Shown one piece after another: positions 1 through 11,415 of a stretch of 57,956 bases of DNA. Numbering within the stretch: the stretch's first letter is position 1; every line of letters begins with the position of its first letter. Origin of the DNA: Chiloscyllium plagiosum (Eukaryota); contig NC_057719.1 in the NCBI RefSeq assembly GCF_004010195.1, positions 79,745,579 through 79,803,534 of the forward strand. Reading direction: 5' to 3'. Under the pieces are notes generated by a model. The model was not told the DNA's origin and did no database searches. It saw nothing but the letters and a program-made list of their open reading frames with translations. A program made the position numbers and the translations under genes.

Positions 1-269
1 TTTGAATCTACACCACGATAATACAGCATGTCCTATCAAAAGCCACAAACACCTATGCCTTAATAAAAGACTACAGCAGTACATGAGCATTGCCAAATTC
101 TTGTAATATTTCAAGCAGCTGAGTAGAAGAGAGGAGGGGTATTCCAGGGTGGAGTCCCAGGTCAGTCTTGATTTCCAGTGAAGACTTGACCCCCAATGGC
201 TCCAAGCTAATGAATTGAAAATTCAACCACATTGGCTTCAATTGTTCTGGTCATTTAATCCTTGCACAA

Positions 270-967
270 GGAATATTTGACAGCACAGTGAGAGAGATTT
301 ACTCTGTATCTAATCCATTCGACATTTGCTGGTGACTATTTAGTGGGATCTTTATTCTGCATGTAATCCGTGCTCTCCCTACCCTGGTAGTATTTGATAG
401 GATACTGCAAAGCGAGCTTTACTCTGATGCTAACTCTGTGCTATACTCGGACCAGGACAGTGTGAAGGAGACTTACTTCTTACCTATAGTGTACTGTATC
501 CTGGGAGTATTTGAGAGGAAAGAGTAGTAATCGTTTACCCTATATCTAATCTGTGCTCTGTCTGCCATTGGAGTGTTTACGAGCTGGTAGAGATTTACCC
601 TGTACCTAATCTGCTGTGCTGGGAGTAGTTGATGTGGATAGTGAGCTAACTTACATCCATACCATCAACTTGAGCTACGAATCTCAAAAATCGCTAAATG
701 CAGAGTAGCTTTACTCCCTATCTAATCCAGGCTGTACCTACATCTGAAGTGTTTGATAGGGCAGCTTTTTATTCCTGATGAAGGGCTTTTGCCCGAAACA
801 TTGATTTTGCTGCTCCTCGGATGCTGCCTGAACTGCTGTGCTCTTCCAGCACCACTAATCCAACATAAAGAGACTTAATCTGTATCTAAACTGCCCGGTG
901 ATTGTTTGATGAGACAGTGTAGTTTTATTTTCTCTGCATCTAATCCATGTTGTACCTGCCCTGGGAG
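270..967 (+). repeat. Degenerate array of the ~69-bp repeat, reverse orientation to the 1295-2552 array
   Basis: Recurrent diverged motifs tttactctgtatctaatcc / gtacctgccctgggag / gtgtttgat, which are the reverse complement of the unit at 1295-2552. Confidence 0.75.
765..862 (+). mobile_element. Penelope-like 3' terminal fragment with minimal hammerhead motif, inserted in the repeat array
   Basis: attcCTGATGAagggcttttgcccGAAAcattgatt...ggatgctgcctgaactgctgtgctcttccagcaccactaatcc is near-identical to the end of the PLE at 4171-4265. Confidence 0.8.
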
Positions 968-1294
968 CCCTGCTATGGCTCAAGGTAACATTCATGACTC
1001 TGAACATTGAACCGTAGCCCAGCAATGAGTCAAAGACGCCAAGAAAGGAAAGTTAGAACGGCCAAGAGTAAAAACAGTTTCAAGAGACCTGTTACACAAT
1101 GTTCTCTGGTTAATTAATCTTTTATTCTGTTTTGGTTTGCTTTCTTTTCTCAATTGTGCCCTTAGCCATGGTCTTGTTGATTGTAGAGAGAAAGAGAACA
1201 GAACAGGACAATAAATAATCACTGACTTCTCTGCCAGGCAGGTTTTTTAAAATACTCACAAGAAAGTGAGATGCTGAACACAGTGCATGGCTTC

Positions 1295-2552
1295 TTTTAC
1301 ACTGTCCTAGCAATCACCTCCCAGCAGGTACAGCACGGGGTTTGAGACAGAGTAAAGATCCCTCTACACTGTCTCCATCAAACTCTCCCAGGACAGGTAA
1401 TGTACAGGGTTAGTGACAGAGTAAAGATCCCTCTACACTGTCTCCATCAAACACTCCTGGACAGGTAATGTACAGGGTTAGTGACAGAGTAAAGATCCCT
1501 CTGCACTGACCCCATCCAACACTCCCACGACAGGTAATGTACAGAGTTAGTGACAGAGTAAAGATCCCTCTACACTGTGGCCATCCAACACTTCCATGAC
1601 AGGTAATGTACAGGGTTAGTGACAGAGTAAAGATCCCTCTACCCTGTCCCCATCAAACACTCCTGGACAGGTAATGTACAGGGTTAGTGACAGAGTAAAA
1701 ATCCCTCTGCACTGACCCCATCCAACACTCCCACGACAGGTAATGTACAGAGTTAGTGACAGAGTAAAGATCCCTCTACACTGTGGCCATCCAACACTCC
1801 CATGACAGGTAATGTACAGAGTTAGTGACAGAGTAAAGATCCCTCTGCACTGACCCCATCCAACACTCCCAGGACAGGTAATGTACAGGGTTAGTGACAG
1901 AGTAAAGATCCCTCTACACTGTCCCCATCAAACACTTCCAGGACAGGTAATGTACAGAGTTAGTGACAGAGTAAAGATCCCTCTACATTGTGCCTATCCA
2001 ACACTCCCATGACAGGTAATGTACAGAATTAGTGACAGAGTAAAGATCCCTCTGCACTGACCCCATCCAACACTCCCCCGACAGGTAATGTACAGAGTTA
2101 GTGACAGAGTAAAGATCCCTCTAGACTGACCCCATCAAACATTCCCAGGACAGGTAATGTACAGGGTTAGTGACAGAGTAAAGATCCCTCTACACTGTCC
2201 CCATCAAACATTCCCAGGACAGGTAATGTACAGGGCTAGTGACAGAGTAAAGATCCCTCTACACTGTGCCCTTCAAACACTCCCAGGACAGGTACAACAC
2301 AGGGTGAGTGACAGAGTAAAGATCCCTCTACACTGTCCCCATCAAACACTCCCAGAGCTAGATACAGAGTAAAGCTCTCATACAGTGTCACTACCAAACA
2401 GTCCCAGGACAGGTATAGTGCATGATTAGATACAGAGTAAAGCTGCCTCTGTACTGTTGCTATCAACCACTCCCAGGACAAGTACAGTGCAGGATTGCAT
2501 ACAGAGTAAAGCTCTCGCTACACTGTTCCATCAAAGATTTCTAGGGCAGGTA
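1295..2552 (+). repeat. 69-bp tandem repeat array, ~18 copies
   Basis: Unit ggacaggtaatgtacagggttagtgacagagtaaagatccctctacactgtccccatcaaacactccca; gacagg recurs at 1942 and 2011 (period 69). Confidence 0.97.
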
Positions 2553-3184
2553 GGGATGACTTAATAATGAGGCAAACACATCAGTTGGGAACACAATAAA
2601 AGGCAATGGCCATCAGCTAACCAATTAGATGATGACTGATCAGTATCTCAACTTTAATTATCTGCCTTCCATCCATTTCTCTTGATGCCTTTACTTAGGA
2701 AACTTGCACTAAAGAACACAAGAGGAGAGACAGAAATCCTCCTGCCTGTCTGGCAGACATGGAGTTGGTCAATTACTTTCTTAGGATTCACTCACTGGAT
2801 GAGGGCATTGTTGGCTACGCCAGCATTTATTGCCGAGAGGGCAGCTAAGAGTCAACCATATTGCTGTGGGTCCATGGAGGCTAGACCAGACCAGGTAAAG
2901 ACAGCAGTTTCCTTTCCTAAAGGGCATTAGGGAACCAGATGGGCTTTTCCTGATATCAAAGGGGTAGCCATGGGCACAGGTATGGGCCCCAGCTATGCCT
3001 GTCTCTTTGTTGGCTACGTAGAGCAGTTGATCTTCCGTAATTACACCGGCACCACTCCCCACCTCTTCCTCCGCTACATTGATGACTGCATTGGCGCCAC
3101 CTCATGCTCCCGCGAGGAGGTTGAGCAATTAATCAACTTCAGCAACACATTCCACCCTGACCTTAAATTTACCTAGACCATCTC

Positions 3185-4086
3185 NNNNNNNNNNNNNNNN
3201 NNNNNNNNNNNNNNNNNNNNNNNNNNNNNNNNNNNNNNNNNNNNNNNNNNNNNNNNNNNNNNNNNNNNNNNNNNNNNNNNNNNNNNNNNNNNNNNNNNNN
3301 NNNNNNNNNNNNNNNNNNNNNNNNNNNNNNNNNNNNNNNNNNNNNNNNNNNNNNNNNNNNNNNNNNNNNNNNNNNNNNNNNNNNNNNNNNNNNNNNNNNN
3401 NNNNNNNNNNNNNNNNNNNNNNNNNNNNNNNNNNNNNNNNNNNNNNNNNNNNNNNNNNNNNNNNNNNNNNNNNNNNNNNNNNNNNNNNNNNNNNNNNNNN
3501 NNNNNNNNNNNNNNNNNNNNNNNNNNNNNNNNNNNNNNNNNNNNNNNNNNNNNNNNNNNNNNNNNNNNNNNNNNNNNNNNNNNNNNNNNNNNNNNNNNNN
3601 NNNNNNNNNNNNNNNNNNNNNNNNNNNNNNNNNNNNNNNNNNNNNNNNNNNNNNNNNNNNNNNNNNNNNNNNNNNNNNNNNNNNNNNNNNNNNNNNNNNN
3701 NNNNNNNNNNNNNNNNNNNNNNNNNNNNNNNNNNNNNNNNNNNNNNNNNNNNNNNNNNNNNNNNNNNNNNNNNNNNNNNNNNNNNNNNNNNNNNNNNNNN
3801 NNNNNNNNNNNNNNNNNNNNNNNNNNNNNNNNNNNNNNNNNNNNNNNNNNNNNNNNNNNNNNNNNNNNNNNNNNNNNNNNNNNNNNNNNNNNNNNNNNNN
3901 NNNNNNNNNNNNNNNNNNNNNNNNNNNNNNNNNNNNNNNNNNNNNNNNNNNNNNNNNNNNNNNNNNNNNNNNNNNNNNNNNNNNNNNNNNNNNNNNNNNN
4001 NNNNNNNNNNNNNNNNNNNNNNNNNNNNNNNNNNNNNNNNNNNNNNNNNNNNNNNNNNNNNNNNNNNNNNNNNNNNNNNNNNNNNN
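3185..4086. other. Assembly gap (N run)
   Basis: N bases. Confidence 1.
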
Positions 4087-4173
4087 NCACTCACCTATTG
4101 TACTCTATGCTACTTTCTCCCCACCCCCACCCTCCTCTAGCTTATCTCTCCACACTCCAGGCTCTCTGCCTTT

Positions 4174-4209
4174 ATTCCTGGTGAAGGGCTTTTGCCCGAA
4201 ACGTCGATT
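4174..4209 (+). ncRNA. Minimal type I hammerhead-ribozyme-like motif (core variant CTGGTGA)
   Basis: attc-CTGGTGA-a-gggc tttt gccc-GAAA-cgtc-gatt: perfect stem II, palindromic ACGT stem III, GTC cleavage triplet; the core A-to-G change probably inactivates it. Confidence 0.65.
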
Positions 4210-4899
4210 TCGAAGCTCCTTAGATGCTGCCTGAACTGCTGTGCTCTTCCAGCACCACTAATCCAGAATCCTTTTCCTGATAACTGACAATAGGCTCACT
4301 GTCAGCATTAAATTCCAGTTCTCGGTCTTTATTGAATACACAAGCCACCATGGTGGGATTTCAACCTGTGCCCCCAGGACATCACCTGGGTTTCTGGTTT
4401 AACAGTTCAGTGCTAATATCATTAGGCGATCACCTCCCCTCCAATTACGTGTCATATCCTGTAGACAAGCCAACTTCCATGTCAAACTGCTCTCGTGTGT
4501 ACCTGCCTCATTGTTCTGATGCTCAGTTTTTTTAAAAATCGAAATTGTCTCTTTATAACATCACCAGACCCAGACTGAAATATGAACTCTTCCCTTCCAA
4601 GTGATATCAGTGAGAAATAGGACAGCAAAAGGGTATTAAAGGAAAGTTAATTCACGAGTTTTTTTCAGGACCTGGAGAGCATAATTTTACATAACAAAAC
4701 AAAAGATTCCCAATTTTTCTTTTCTAACCTGTTTTGAAACCCTCCCCCTTAGTTTATTGGCACCTGCAATGCTGCCCAATCCATTGACTAGTGATAGACC
4801 AAACCCCACTCCTTATACCCAGTGACTGGTGTGCGTTATTTGCCAATAGTTTTAAAATAAATGTTTCATGAGCTGTGGGTAGTTGCAAGCGAGGTATCA

Positions 4900-5672
4900 G
4901 CAGTGGTTCAGTCGTAACTCATTCACCTCCTTATCTGGAAGGTTAAGCATTCAAGACCTATCCCAGAAAGCTGAGCACATAATCCAGGCTGACATTCCCT
5001 ACTGATGCTGCTGACTTCTGCATTGAATTGAGTCTCGTTTGTTGTGAATGGTAAAGGCCCCAGTGCACCCATATAAAGAAGTACAGGGCAGTTCTTGGTG
5101 TCTGAATAAACAATCCCAAAACAACACCACCAAAACCTATTACCACCTCATTTATCACATGGTTGCTCTGGGGATCCTGCAGCGCAAAACTTGACTGCTG
5201 CTGACTTTTTATTTATTCATTTACAGGATGTGGACATTGCTGGCAAGGCCAGCATTTATTGCCCTCGCATTTCCTGAATTATAACAGCCACTACAACTCA
5301 CCATAGTGGCTCAGTGGTTAGCACTGCTACCTCCCAGTGCCAGGGACCCGGGTTCAATCCCATTCTTGGGTCGCTGTCTGTGTGAAGTTTGCACGTTTTC
5401 CCTGTATCTGTATGGGTTTCCTCCCATAATCCAATGATGTGTAGGTTAGGTGATGTGGCCATCCTAAATTGCCCACAGTGTTCAAGGATGTGTAGATTCG
5501 TCAGGGGTAAATGGAGGGGAGTATATTGGGGATGGGTTACTCTTCAGAGAGTTAGTGTGGACTTGATGGGCCAAAGGGCCTCTTTCTGTACTGTAGGGAT
5601 TCAATGATGCATTGGCTTTTAGAAACTTAGAGATGTCCTGAGGTCATGGTTTGGTGCTACATAATTGCAAGT
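4900..5672 (+). mobile_element. Old Deu-type (SacSINE1-like) SINE interrupted by later insertions
   Basis: ctgagcacataatccaggctgaca head, aagaag..cagggcagttct central part, and tail gatgtcctgaggtcatg...tgcaagt resuming after the HE1 copy; family assigned from recalled consensus. Confidence 0.55.
5302..5607 (+). mobile_element. HE1-type V-SINE (diverged)
   Basis: tRNA-like head gtggctcagtggttagcactgc...gggttcaatccc, V-domain, gggccaaagggcct tail. Confidence 0.85.
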
Positions 5673-6618
5673 TGTCCTCCTTCATTTCTCCCACCCCAGT
5701 GTCACACAATGAAGTCAAGAATCCTCTCCCAAAACTTCTTGAAATTAGGTTGTTCAGAACTCACTGTTTGTGACTGCAAATTGATAAAGCCACATTGTGG
5801 GGAGACAGGCAACAATTGATGTGCTTCTTTCTCACAATAACACATGGAGAGATGACTATTTGCAAAGCACCCCGCTACCCTCTGAACCAATTGGATCGTA
5901 GCAAGCCCAGAGCAGCAAGTTGGCAAAGACTGTACTTTCTTAACGCCCATGTCCTGTTAAGCATGGCCTGGTAATAACAAAGACACATGAGGGCCCCACC
6001 TTGGGCTTGTTAGTGTTCTAGACAGCAAGAAGGTGACCCAATCATCAGGAAGGCCCTCAATTCAATTCCTGGTCCCTCTTGAGCTGCAAGACCATTTCAA
6101 CACCTGGCCTAGGACCTGGGCCAACCTGTGTGGGTGAAGTCAGCACTAGGCTTTCTAAATAGAAACTGATCACTCATACAATAAATAGGGAAGTGAGGAT
6201 AAGCATCCTCGGTGAAAGAATGGAGAGAAGATGAGACTCACTTCCGCAGAGAGGAGCTGAGGCGAATGCATTAGATGTACTTAAGAGGAAGCTAGATAAG
6301 AACATGAGGAGCAGCAACACACTGCAACACCCTGGAACTGGGAAGAAAGGAGGAAGAACACCTGTACAAAGTCTTTGCTAAAAACGGATCCCCCCCGCCC
6401 CACAACGCGGACAAGCAACACCAAGAAGACAAGACATGGCCCAGCACACTGCCCACTCTCCCACACATTAAAAGCATTTCAGAACTGACAGCTACATTGC
6501 TCCAACCACAAGGGATCTTGACAGCACAGAAACCGACAGCCACATTCAGACAGCAGCTCACCAGAATGAAGGACCCAATACCCACTATGTGCAGGACAAA
6601 GGTAATTTACAAAATCTG

Positions 6619-6943
6619 AGGCAACAATTGTGGGTGGCACAGTGGTTAACACTACTGCCTCACAGTGCCAGAGACCTGGGTTCAATTCCCGCCTCAGGCA
6701 GATTGTCTGTGTGGAGTTTGCACGTTCTCCCCGTGTCTGCGTGGGTTTCCTCCAGGTGCTCCGGTTTCCTCCCACAGTCCAAAAATGTGCAGGTTAGGTG
6801 AATTGGCCATGCTAAATTGCCTGTAGTGTTAGGTGAAGGGGTAAATGTAAGGGAATGGGTCTGGGTGGGTTGCTGTTCAGCGGGTGGGTGTGGACTTGTT
6901 GGGCTGAAAGGCCTGTTTCCACACTGTAAGTAATCTAAACTAA
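6619..6943 (+). mobile_element. HE1 V-SINE inserted in the PLE GIY-YIG region
   Basis: A/B-box head, V-domain gtgtggagtttgcacgttctccccgtgtctgcgtgggtttcctcc, tail gcctgtttccacactgtaagtaatcta. Confidence 0.92.
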
Positions 6944-7107
6944 AACTGTGCTAAGCACTATGTACGACAAATAGGCAGACAGCGAGTGATTTGCATCCAT
7001 GAACACCAACTAACAACTAAGTGACACAACCAACTCTCCCTGGTATCCTTAATACAGACACCAAGAACCATGAGTTTGACTGGGACAACACAACGATACA
7101 GAGAAGA

Positions 7108-7705
7108 AAGAACATTACAGCACAGGAATAGGCCCTTTGGCCCTTTAAGCCTGCACTGATCCATATTCTCTATCTAACCATCTGTCTTCTAAGGATCTAT
7201 ATCTCTCTGTTCCCTGCCCATTCATGTATTTGTCTGGATGCATCTTAAATGATGCTATCGTTGCCGCCCCTATCTCTTCCAATGCATTCCAGGCAACAAC
7301 CACCCTCTGCGTGAAGAACTTTCCACGTTTTCTCCCCTAAACTTTTCCTCTCTCACTTTGAACTTGTGACGACTAGTAATTTAGTGCCCCAACTCTGGGT
7401 AAAAGCTTCTTGCTATCCACTCTGTCTCTCCCTGTCATGATTTTGTAGGTCTCAATCAGGTTCCCCCTCAACCTTCTTCTTTCCAATGAAAATAATCCTA
7501 ATATACTCAACCTTTCCTCCTAGCTAGCACCCTCCATACTAGGCAACATCCTGGTGAACCTCCTCTGCACCCTCTCTAAAGCATCCACATCGTTTTGGTA
7601 ATGATGGTGACCAGAACTGTATGCAGTCTTCCAAATATGGCCGAACCAAAGTCTTACACAACTGTAACATGACCTGCCAACACTTGTACTCAATACCCCG
7701 TCCAA
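7108..7705 (-). mobile_element. CR1 LINE 3' fragment
   Basis: ORF pieces KTLVRPYLEDCIQFWSP and ALERVQRRFTRMLP; CR1 3' tail. Confidence 0.92.
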
Positions 7706-8034
7706 TATGAGGACAGGCCAAACAAAGGACACCAAGGGAATTCCTGGAAGGGTGGTACTCAGCCTCAAACCCTATCAACAAACTCATTGACCTGGACCCG
7801 ATATACAAACCGCTGCAATGGAAAAACCGGAACTGGCACCAACCGGAAACAGCTGGAACAGAATCACATTAACTCAAAGCGGAACGCTTCACAGGAGGCA
7901 ACATCGCACCAATGATGTTACCTAGAAAGGGGGCGAAATGTCTACCAATAAACCTACCAGCTCGGCAAACAGACCAACAACAAACCCAACATGAAGGTGT
8001 AAGAAATAGAAGAATCTAAAAATGGAGTGAGATC

Positions 8035-8437
8035 TTTTTATTAATCCATGGGGTGTAGGCCTTGCTAGCTAGGCCCAGCATTTATTGCCTACCCCTAATT
8101 GCCCAGAGGGCAGTTATGCATTAACCACATTGCTGTGGGTCTGGAGTCGCATGTAGGCCAGACCAGGTAAGAATGGCAGTTTCATTCCCTTGAGGGAAGG
8201 GGTATTACTTAACCAGATTGGATATTTTCTGGCAATCAACAATGGGATTCATGGTCATCATTACACTCTAAATTACAGATTTTTGGCTTGAATTCAAATT
8301 CAACCAGCTGTTATAGCAGGACTTGAACCGAGGTCCCCAGACCATTATCTGGGTCACTGGATTAATGGTCTAATGATAATACCACTAGACCATCACTGGA
8401 TTAATAGCCTAATGATAATACCACTAGACCATCACCT
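8035..8437 (-). mobile_element. tRNA-headed SINE with LINE-like tail; 39-bp internal duplication at 8354-8435
   Basis: ccagcatttattgcc tail (rc of ggcaataaatgctgg), shared body, rc B-box-like ggacttgaacc; similar copies at 2781-4438, 9680-10000 and 34005-34240. Confidence 0.75.
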
Positions 8438-8717
8438 CATCATAGGATAATAGAAGCCCTGCCTGGAGTATTCACAGCACTATAGACTATTTGGACCAAA
8501 CATCCCTGTAAGTCCTACAAATTCCATGAATTGTCTTCACACTGGAAGATGGGGATGTGGTGATAATATGATTTGAATTGAATTGAACAATTTCTTGTCA
8601 CTTGTATTTAAGGGAAAATACAATGAAAAGCTTCACCTGTTCACCATTCTCTGGCACCATTTTGAATAACCTTAAAAAAGAAGTTGTAATTGAAAGAGAA
8701 TCCATCTTTGTTCTTTG

Positions 8718-9666
8718 AATGATTTGGATGTGAGCATAGAGGGTATAGTTAGTGAGTTTGCAGATGACACCAAAATTGGAGGACACCAAAAGTGGACAGC
8801 GAAGAAGGTTACCTCAGATTACAACGGGATCTTGATCAGATGGGCCAATGGGCTGAGGATTAACAGATGGAGTTTAATTTAGATAAATGCGAGGTGTTGC
8901 ATTTTGAGAAAACAAATCTTAGCAGAACTTATACACTTAATGGTAAGGTCTGAGGAAATGTTGCTGAACAAAAGACCTTGGAGAGCAGGTTCATAGCTCC
9001 TTGAAAGTGGAGTCGCAGGTCGGTAGGATAGTGAAGAAGGCATTTGATATGTTTTCCTTTATTGGTTGGAGTATTGAGTACAGGAGTTGGGAGGTCATGT
9101 TGCGGCTGTACAGGACATTAGTTAGGTCACTTTTTGAATATTGTGTGCAATTCTGGTCACCTTCCTATCGGAAGGATGTTGTGAAACTTGAAATGGTTCA
9201 GGAAAAGATTTACAAGGATGTTGCCAGGATTGAAGGATTTGAGCTGCAGGGAGAGGTTGAATAGGCTGGGGCTGTTTTCCCTGGAGCATCGGAGGCTGAG
9301 GGGTTACCTTATAGAGGTTCATAAAATCATGAGGGGCATGGATATGACAAATAGACAAAGTCTTTTCCCTGGGGTCGGGGAGTCCAGAACTAGAGGGGAT
9401 AGGTTTAGGGTGAGAGGGGAAAGATGTAAAAGAGACCCATGGGGCAACCTTTTCACACAGAGGGTGGTGCGTGTATGGAATCAGTTGCCAGAGGAAGTGG
9501 TGGAGGCTGGTACAATTGCGACACTTAAAAGGCATCTGGATGGGTATAAGAAAAGGAAGGATAAGGCCTAGGTGCTGGCAAGTGGGACTAGGTTAGGTTG
9601 GGTTGTCTGGTCGGCATGGACGAGTTGGACCGAAGGGTCTGTTTCTGTGTTGTGCATCTCTATGAC
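8718..9666 (+). mobile_element. CR1 LINE 3' fragment (RT C-terminus and 3' UTR)
   Basis: FADDTK motif (~8758), ORFs 9001-9264 and 9188-9571 (EYCVQFWSP; FTQRVVRVWNQLP), ctatga tail. Confidence 0.95.
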
Positions 9667-9679
9667 TAGCAATGCGATG

Positions 9680-10000
9680 CATTGTGGGACATGGGTTCAG
9701 ATCTCACCGTGGTACTTGCTGGTGTTTAGTTTTACAGAATAATATCTGGATTTGGAAATGAATCTCAGTCACAGTGAATGGACACATCATGATTTTTCTC
9801 TTATTTTGAAAACCCCATCTGGCCCACTTGTACTTCTTTAAACAAGGAAACCTGCAGTCCTTACCCGGTCTGGCCAGATGACTGCCACAGTTAACTCTGA
9901 AAATGGGTGAGCAAAGCAGTCAGTTCAAGGGCAATTAGGGATGAGCAACAAATGCTGGCCTTGCCAGTGATGCCCACATCCCAAGAAAGTATATTTCAAA
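9680..10000 (+). mobile_element. Diverged copy of the tRNA-headed SINE
   Basis: gggttcagatctcacc head; cccatctgg..aaggaaacctgcagtccttacccggtctggcc; gggcaattagggatgagcaacaaatgctggcc tail. Confidence 0.65.
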
Positions 10001-10039
10001 AAATTCCAATGATTGTCCACACCCATCTACCTGAAAAGA

Positions 10040-10783
10040 ACAAGTCTGGTGAGAACTTGAGTTCTAGAAAGAGGCTGAACAGGCTGGGGCTGTTTTGCCT
10101 GGAGCCTTGGAGACTGAGGGGTGACCTTATAGAGGTTTATAAAATCATGAGGGACGTGGTTGAGGTGAATAACCAAGGTCTTTTTTGCCCCAAGGGTAGG
10201 GGAGTCCCAAACTAGAGGGCACAGGCTTAAGGTGGAAGAGGAAAGATTTAAAAAGGACCTAATGGTCAACTTTTTCACACAGAGGGTGGTGCATGTATGG
10301 AATGAGCTGCCAGAGGAGGCTGGTACAATTACAACAGTCATCTGGATGGGTACATGAATCGGAAGGGTTCAGAGGGATATGGGCCAAGTGCTGGCAAATG
10401 GGACTAGATTAGTTCAGGATATCTGGTAGGCAGCACGGTGGCACAGTGGTTAGCACTGCTGCCTCACAGCACCAGAGACCCGGGTTCAATTCCCGCCTCA
10501 GGCGACTGACTGTGTGGAGTTTGCACATTGTCTGCGTGGGTTTCCTCCAGGTGCTCTGGTTTCCTCCCACAGTCCAAAGATGTGCAGGTCAGGTGAATTG
10601 GCCATGCTAAATTACCCGTAGTGTTAGGTGTAGGGATAAATGTATGGGTGGGTTGCGCTTTGGCGGGTCGGTGTGGACTTGTTGGGCCGAAGGGCCTGTT
10701 TCCACACTCTAAGTAATCTAATCTGGTTGGCATGAACGAGTTGGGCTGAGGGGGGTCTGTTCCTATGCTGTACATCTCTATGA
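10040..10783 (+). mobile_element. CR1 3' fragment interrupted by HE1
   Basis: RLNRLGLF..RLRGDLIEVYKIM; the 3' UTR resumes at 10721. Confidence 0.9.
10428..10720 (+). mobile_element. HE1 V-SINE with 7-bp TSD
   Basis: Full head, V-domain and tail; atctggt at 10421-10427 and 10721-10727. Confidence 0.95.
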
Positions 10784-11043
10784 CCACCTATTTCAATATC
10801 TCCTGAGTGACAAATTCCATTTCTTTTTAAATGGCGCAGGACCATTTTCCCGTGTTATTAATTTTTTGAATACAAAAATTTCCTGCACAATCTCAAAATA
10901 ATGAAATGATATCGAGTGTGGAGAGACCATCACAAGCAGCCTGGAATATTATGAACTTTGAGATTAATGACTGGATTTGGAAGGCAAATGTGAGCAGAAA
11001 TACACGACTCTGCCAACAGACTGCTCTGGGACACCACATCCAG

Positions 11044-11194
11044 GTATCTGGTTGGATACCTGAATAGGAAAGGTTTAGAGGGATATGGGCCAAGTGCAGG
11101 CAAATGGGACTAAGTTAATTGCAGATATCTGGTCAGCATGGACGAGTTGGACCGAAGGGTCTGTTTCCGTGCTGTACATCTCCATAACTCTATG
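11044..11194 (+). mobile_element. CR1 3' UTR fragment
   Basis: gaataggaaaggtttagagggatatgggcc...ggaccgaagggtctgtttcc...ctatga. Confidence 0.85.
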
Positions 11195-11200
11195 AGAAGA

Positions 11201-11415
11201 TCAGAGGTCACATGACGCCAGGTTATAGTCCCAACAGGTCTATTTGAAATCACAAGCTTTCGGAGCGCTGCTCCTTCACCAGGTGAAGTGAAGTAAAGCT
11301 GAGAAAGGGGCAGCGCTCCGAAAGCTTGTGATTTCAAATAAAGCTGTTGGACTGTAAGCTGGCGCCATGTGACCTCTGAACTTGTCCACTCCAGTCCAAC
11401 ACCGGCACCTCCACA
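11201..11415. mobile_element. Fold-back (inverted-arm) PLE-derived insertion with two degenerate hammerhead motifs
   Basis: Arms ~11201-11286 and ~11298-11379 are reverse complements; TSD tctatgagaaga (11189-11200) / tctatgaaaaga (11416-11427). Confidence 0.8.

Larger units (their letters stand above)
2956..4270 (+). mobile_element. 5'-truncated Penelope-like retroelement (RT fragment, gap, 3' end with hammerhead motif)
   Basis: ORF 2970-3176 (MGTGMGPSYACLFVGYVE...LRYIDD...FHPDLKFT) has PLE RT motifs; exact 12-bp TSD cttttcctgata at 2944-2955 and 4271-4282. Confidence 0.9.
2781..4438 (-). mobile_element. tRNA-headed SINE with LINE-like tail, split by the PLE (pieces ~2781-2955 and ~4283-4438)
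   Basis: agagtcaaccatattgctgtgggtc...ccagaccaggtaa...gaaccagatggg matches the uninterrupted copy at 8035-8437; the sequence resumes after the TSD. Confidence 0.7.
6300..7990 (+). mobile_element. Degenerate Penelope-like element (RT thumb/linker, GIY-YIG endonuclease, 3' end) with two nested insertions
   Basis: Manual translation gives EEEHLYKVFAKNG, IKSISELTA, KDPIP..VIYKI, CAKHYV.Q.GR, IHEHQL, HEFDWDNTTI, REFLE.W, IDLDPIYKPL. Confidence 0.8.

Noticed and set aside
1122..1215. Minus-strand pyrimidine tract plus ACCATGG in the spacer between the inverted arrays
   Set aside because: The ORF is only 15 codons (MAKGTIEKRKQTKTE) with no convincing donor site.
1295..2552. CRISPR-like appearance of regularly spaced repeats
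   Set aside because: Units are contiguous with no unique spacers, there are no cas genes, and the context is vertebrate.
3129..4094. Long ORFs made of X (also at 28.5, 30.6 and 42.2 kb)
   Set aside because: Artefacts of translating N gaps.
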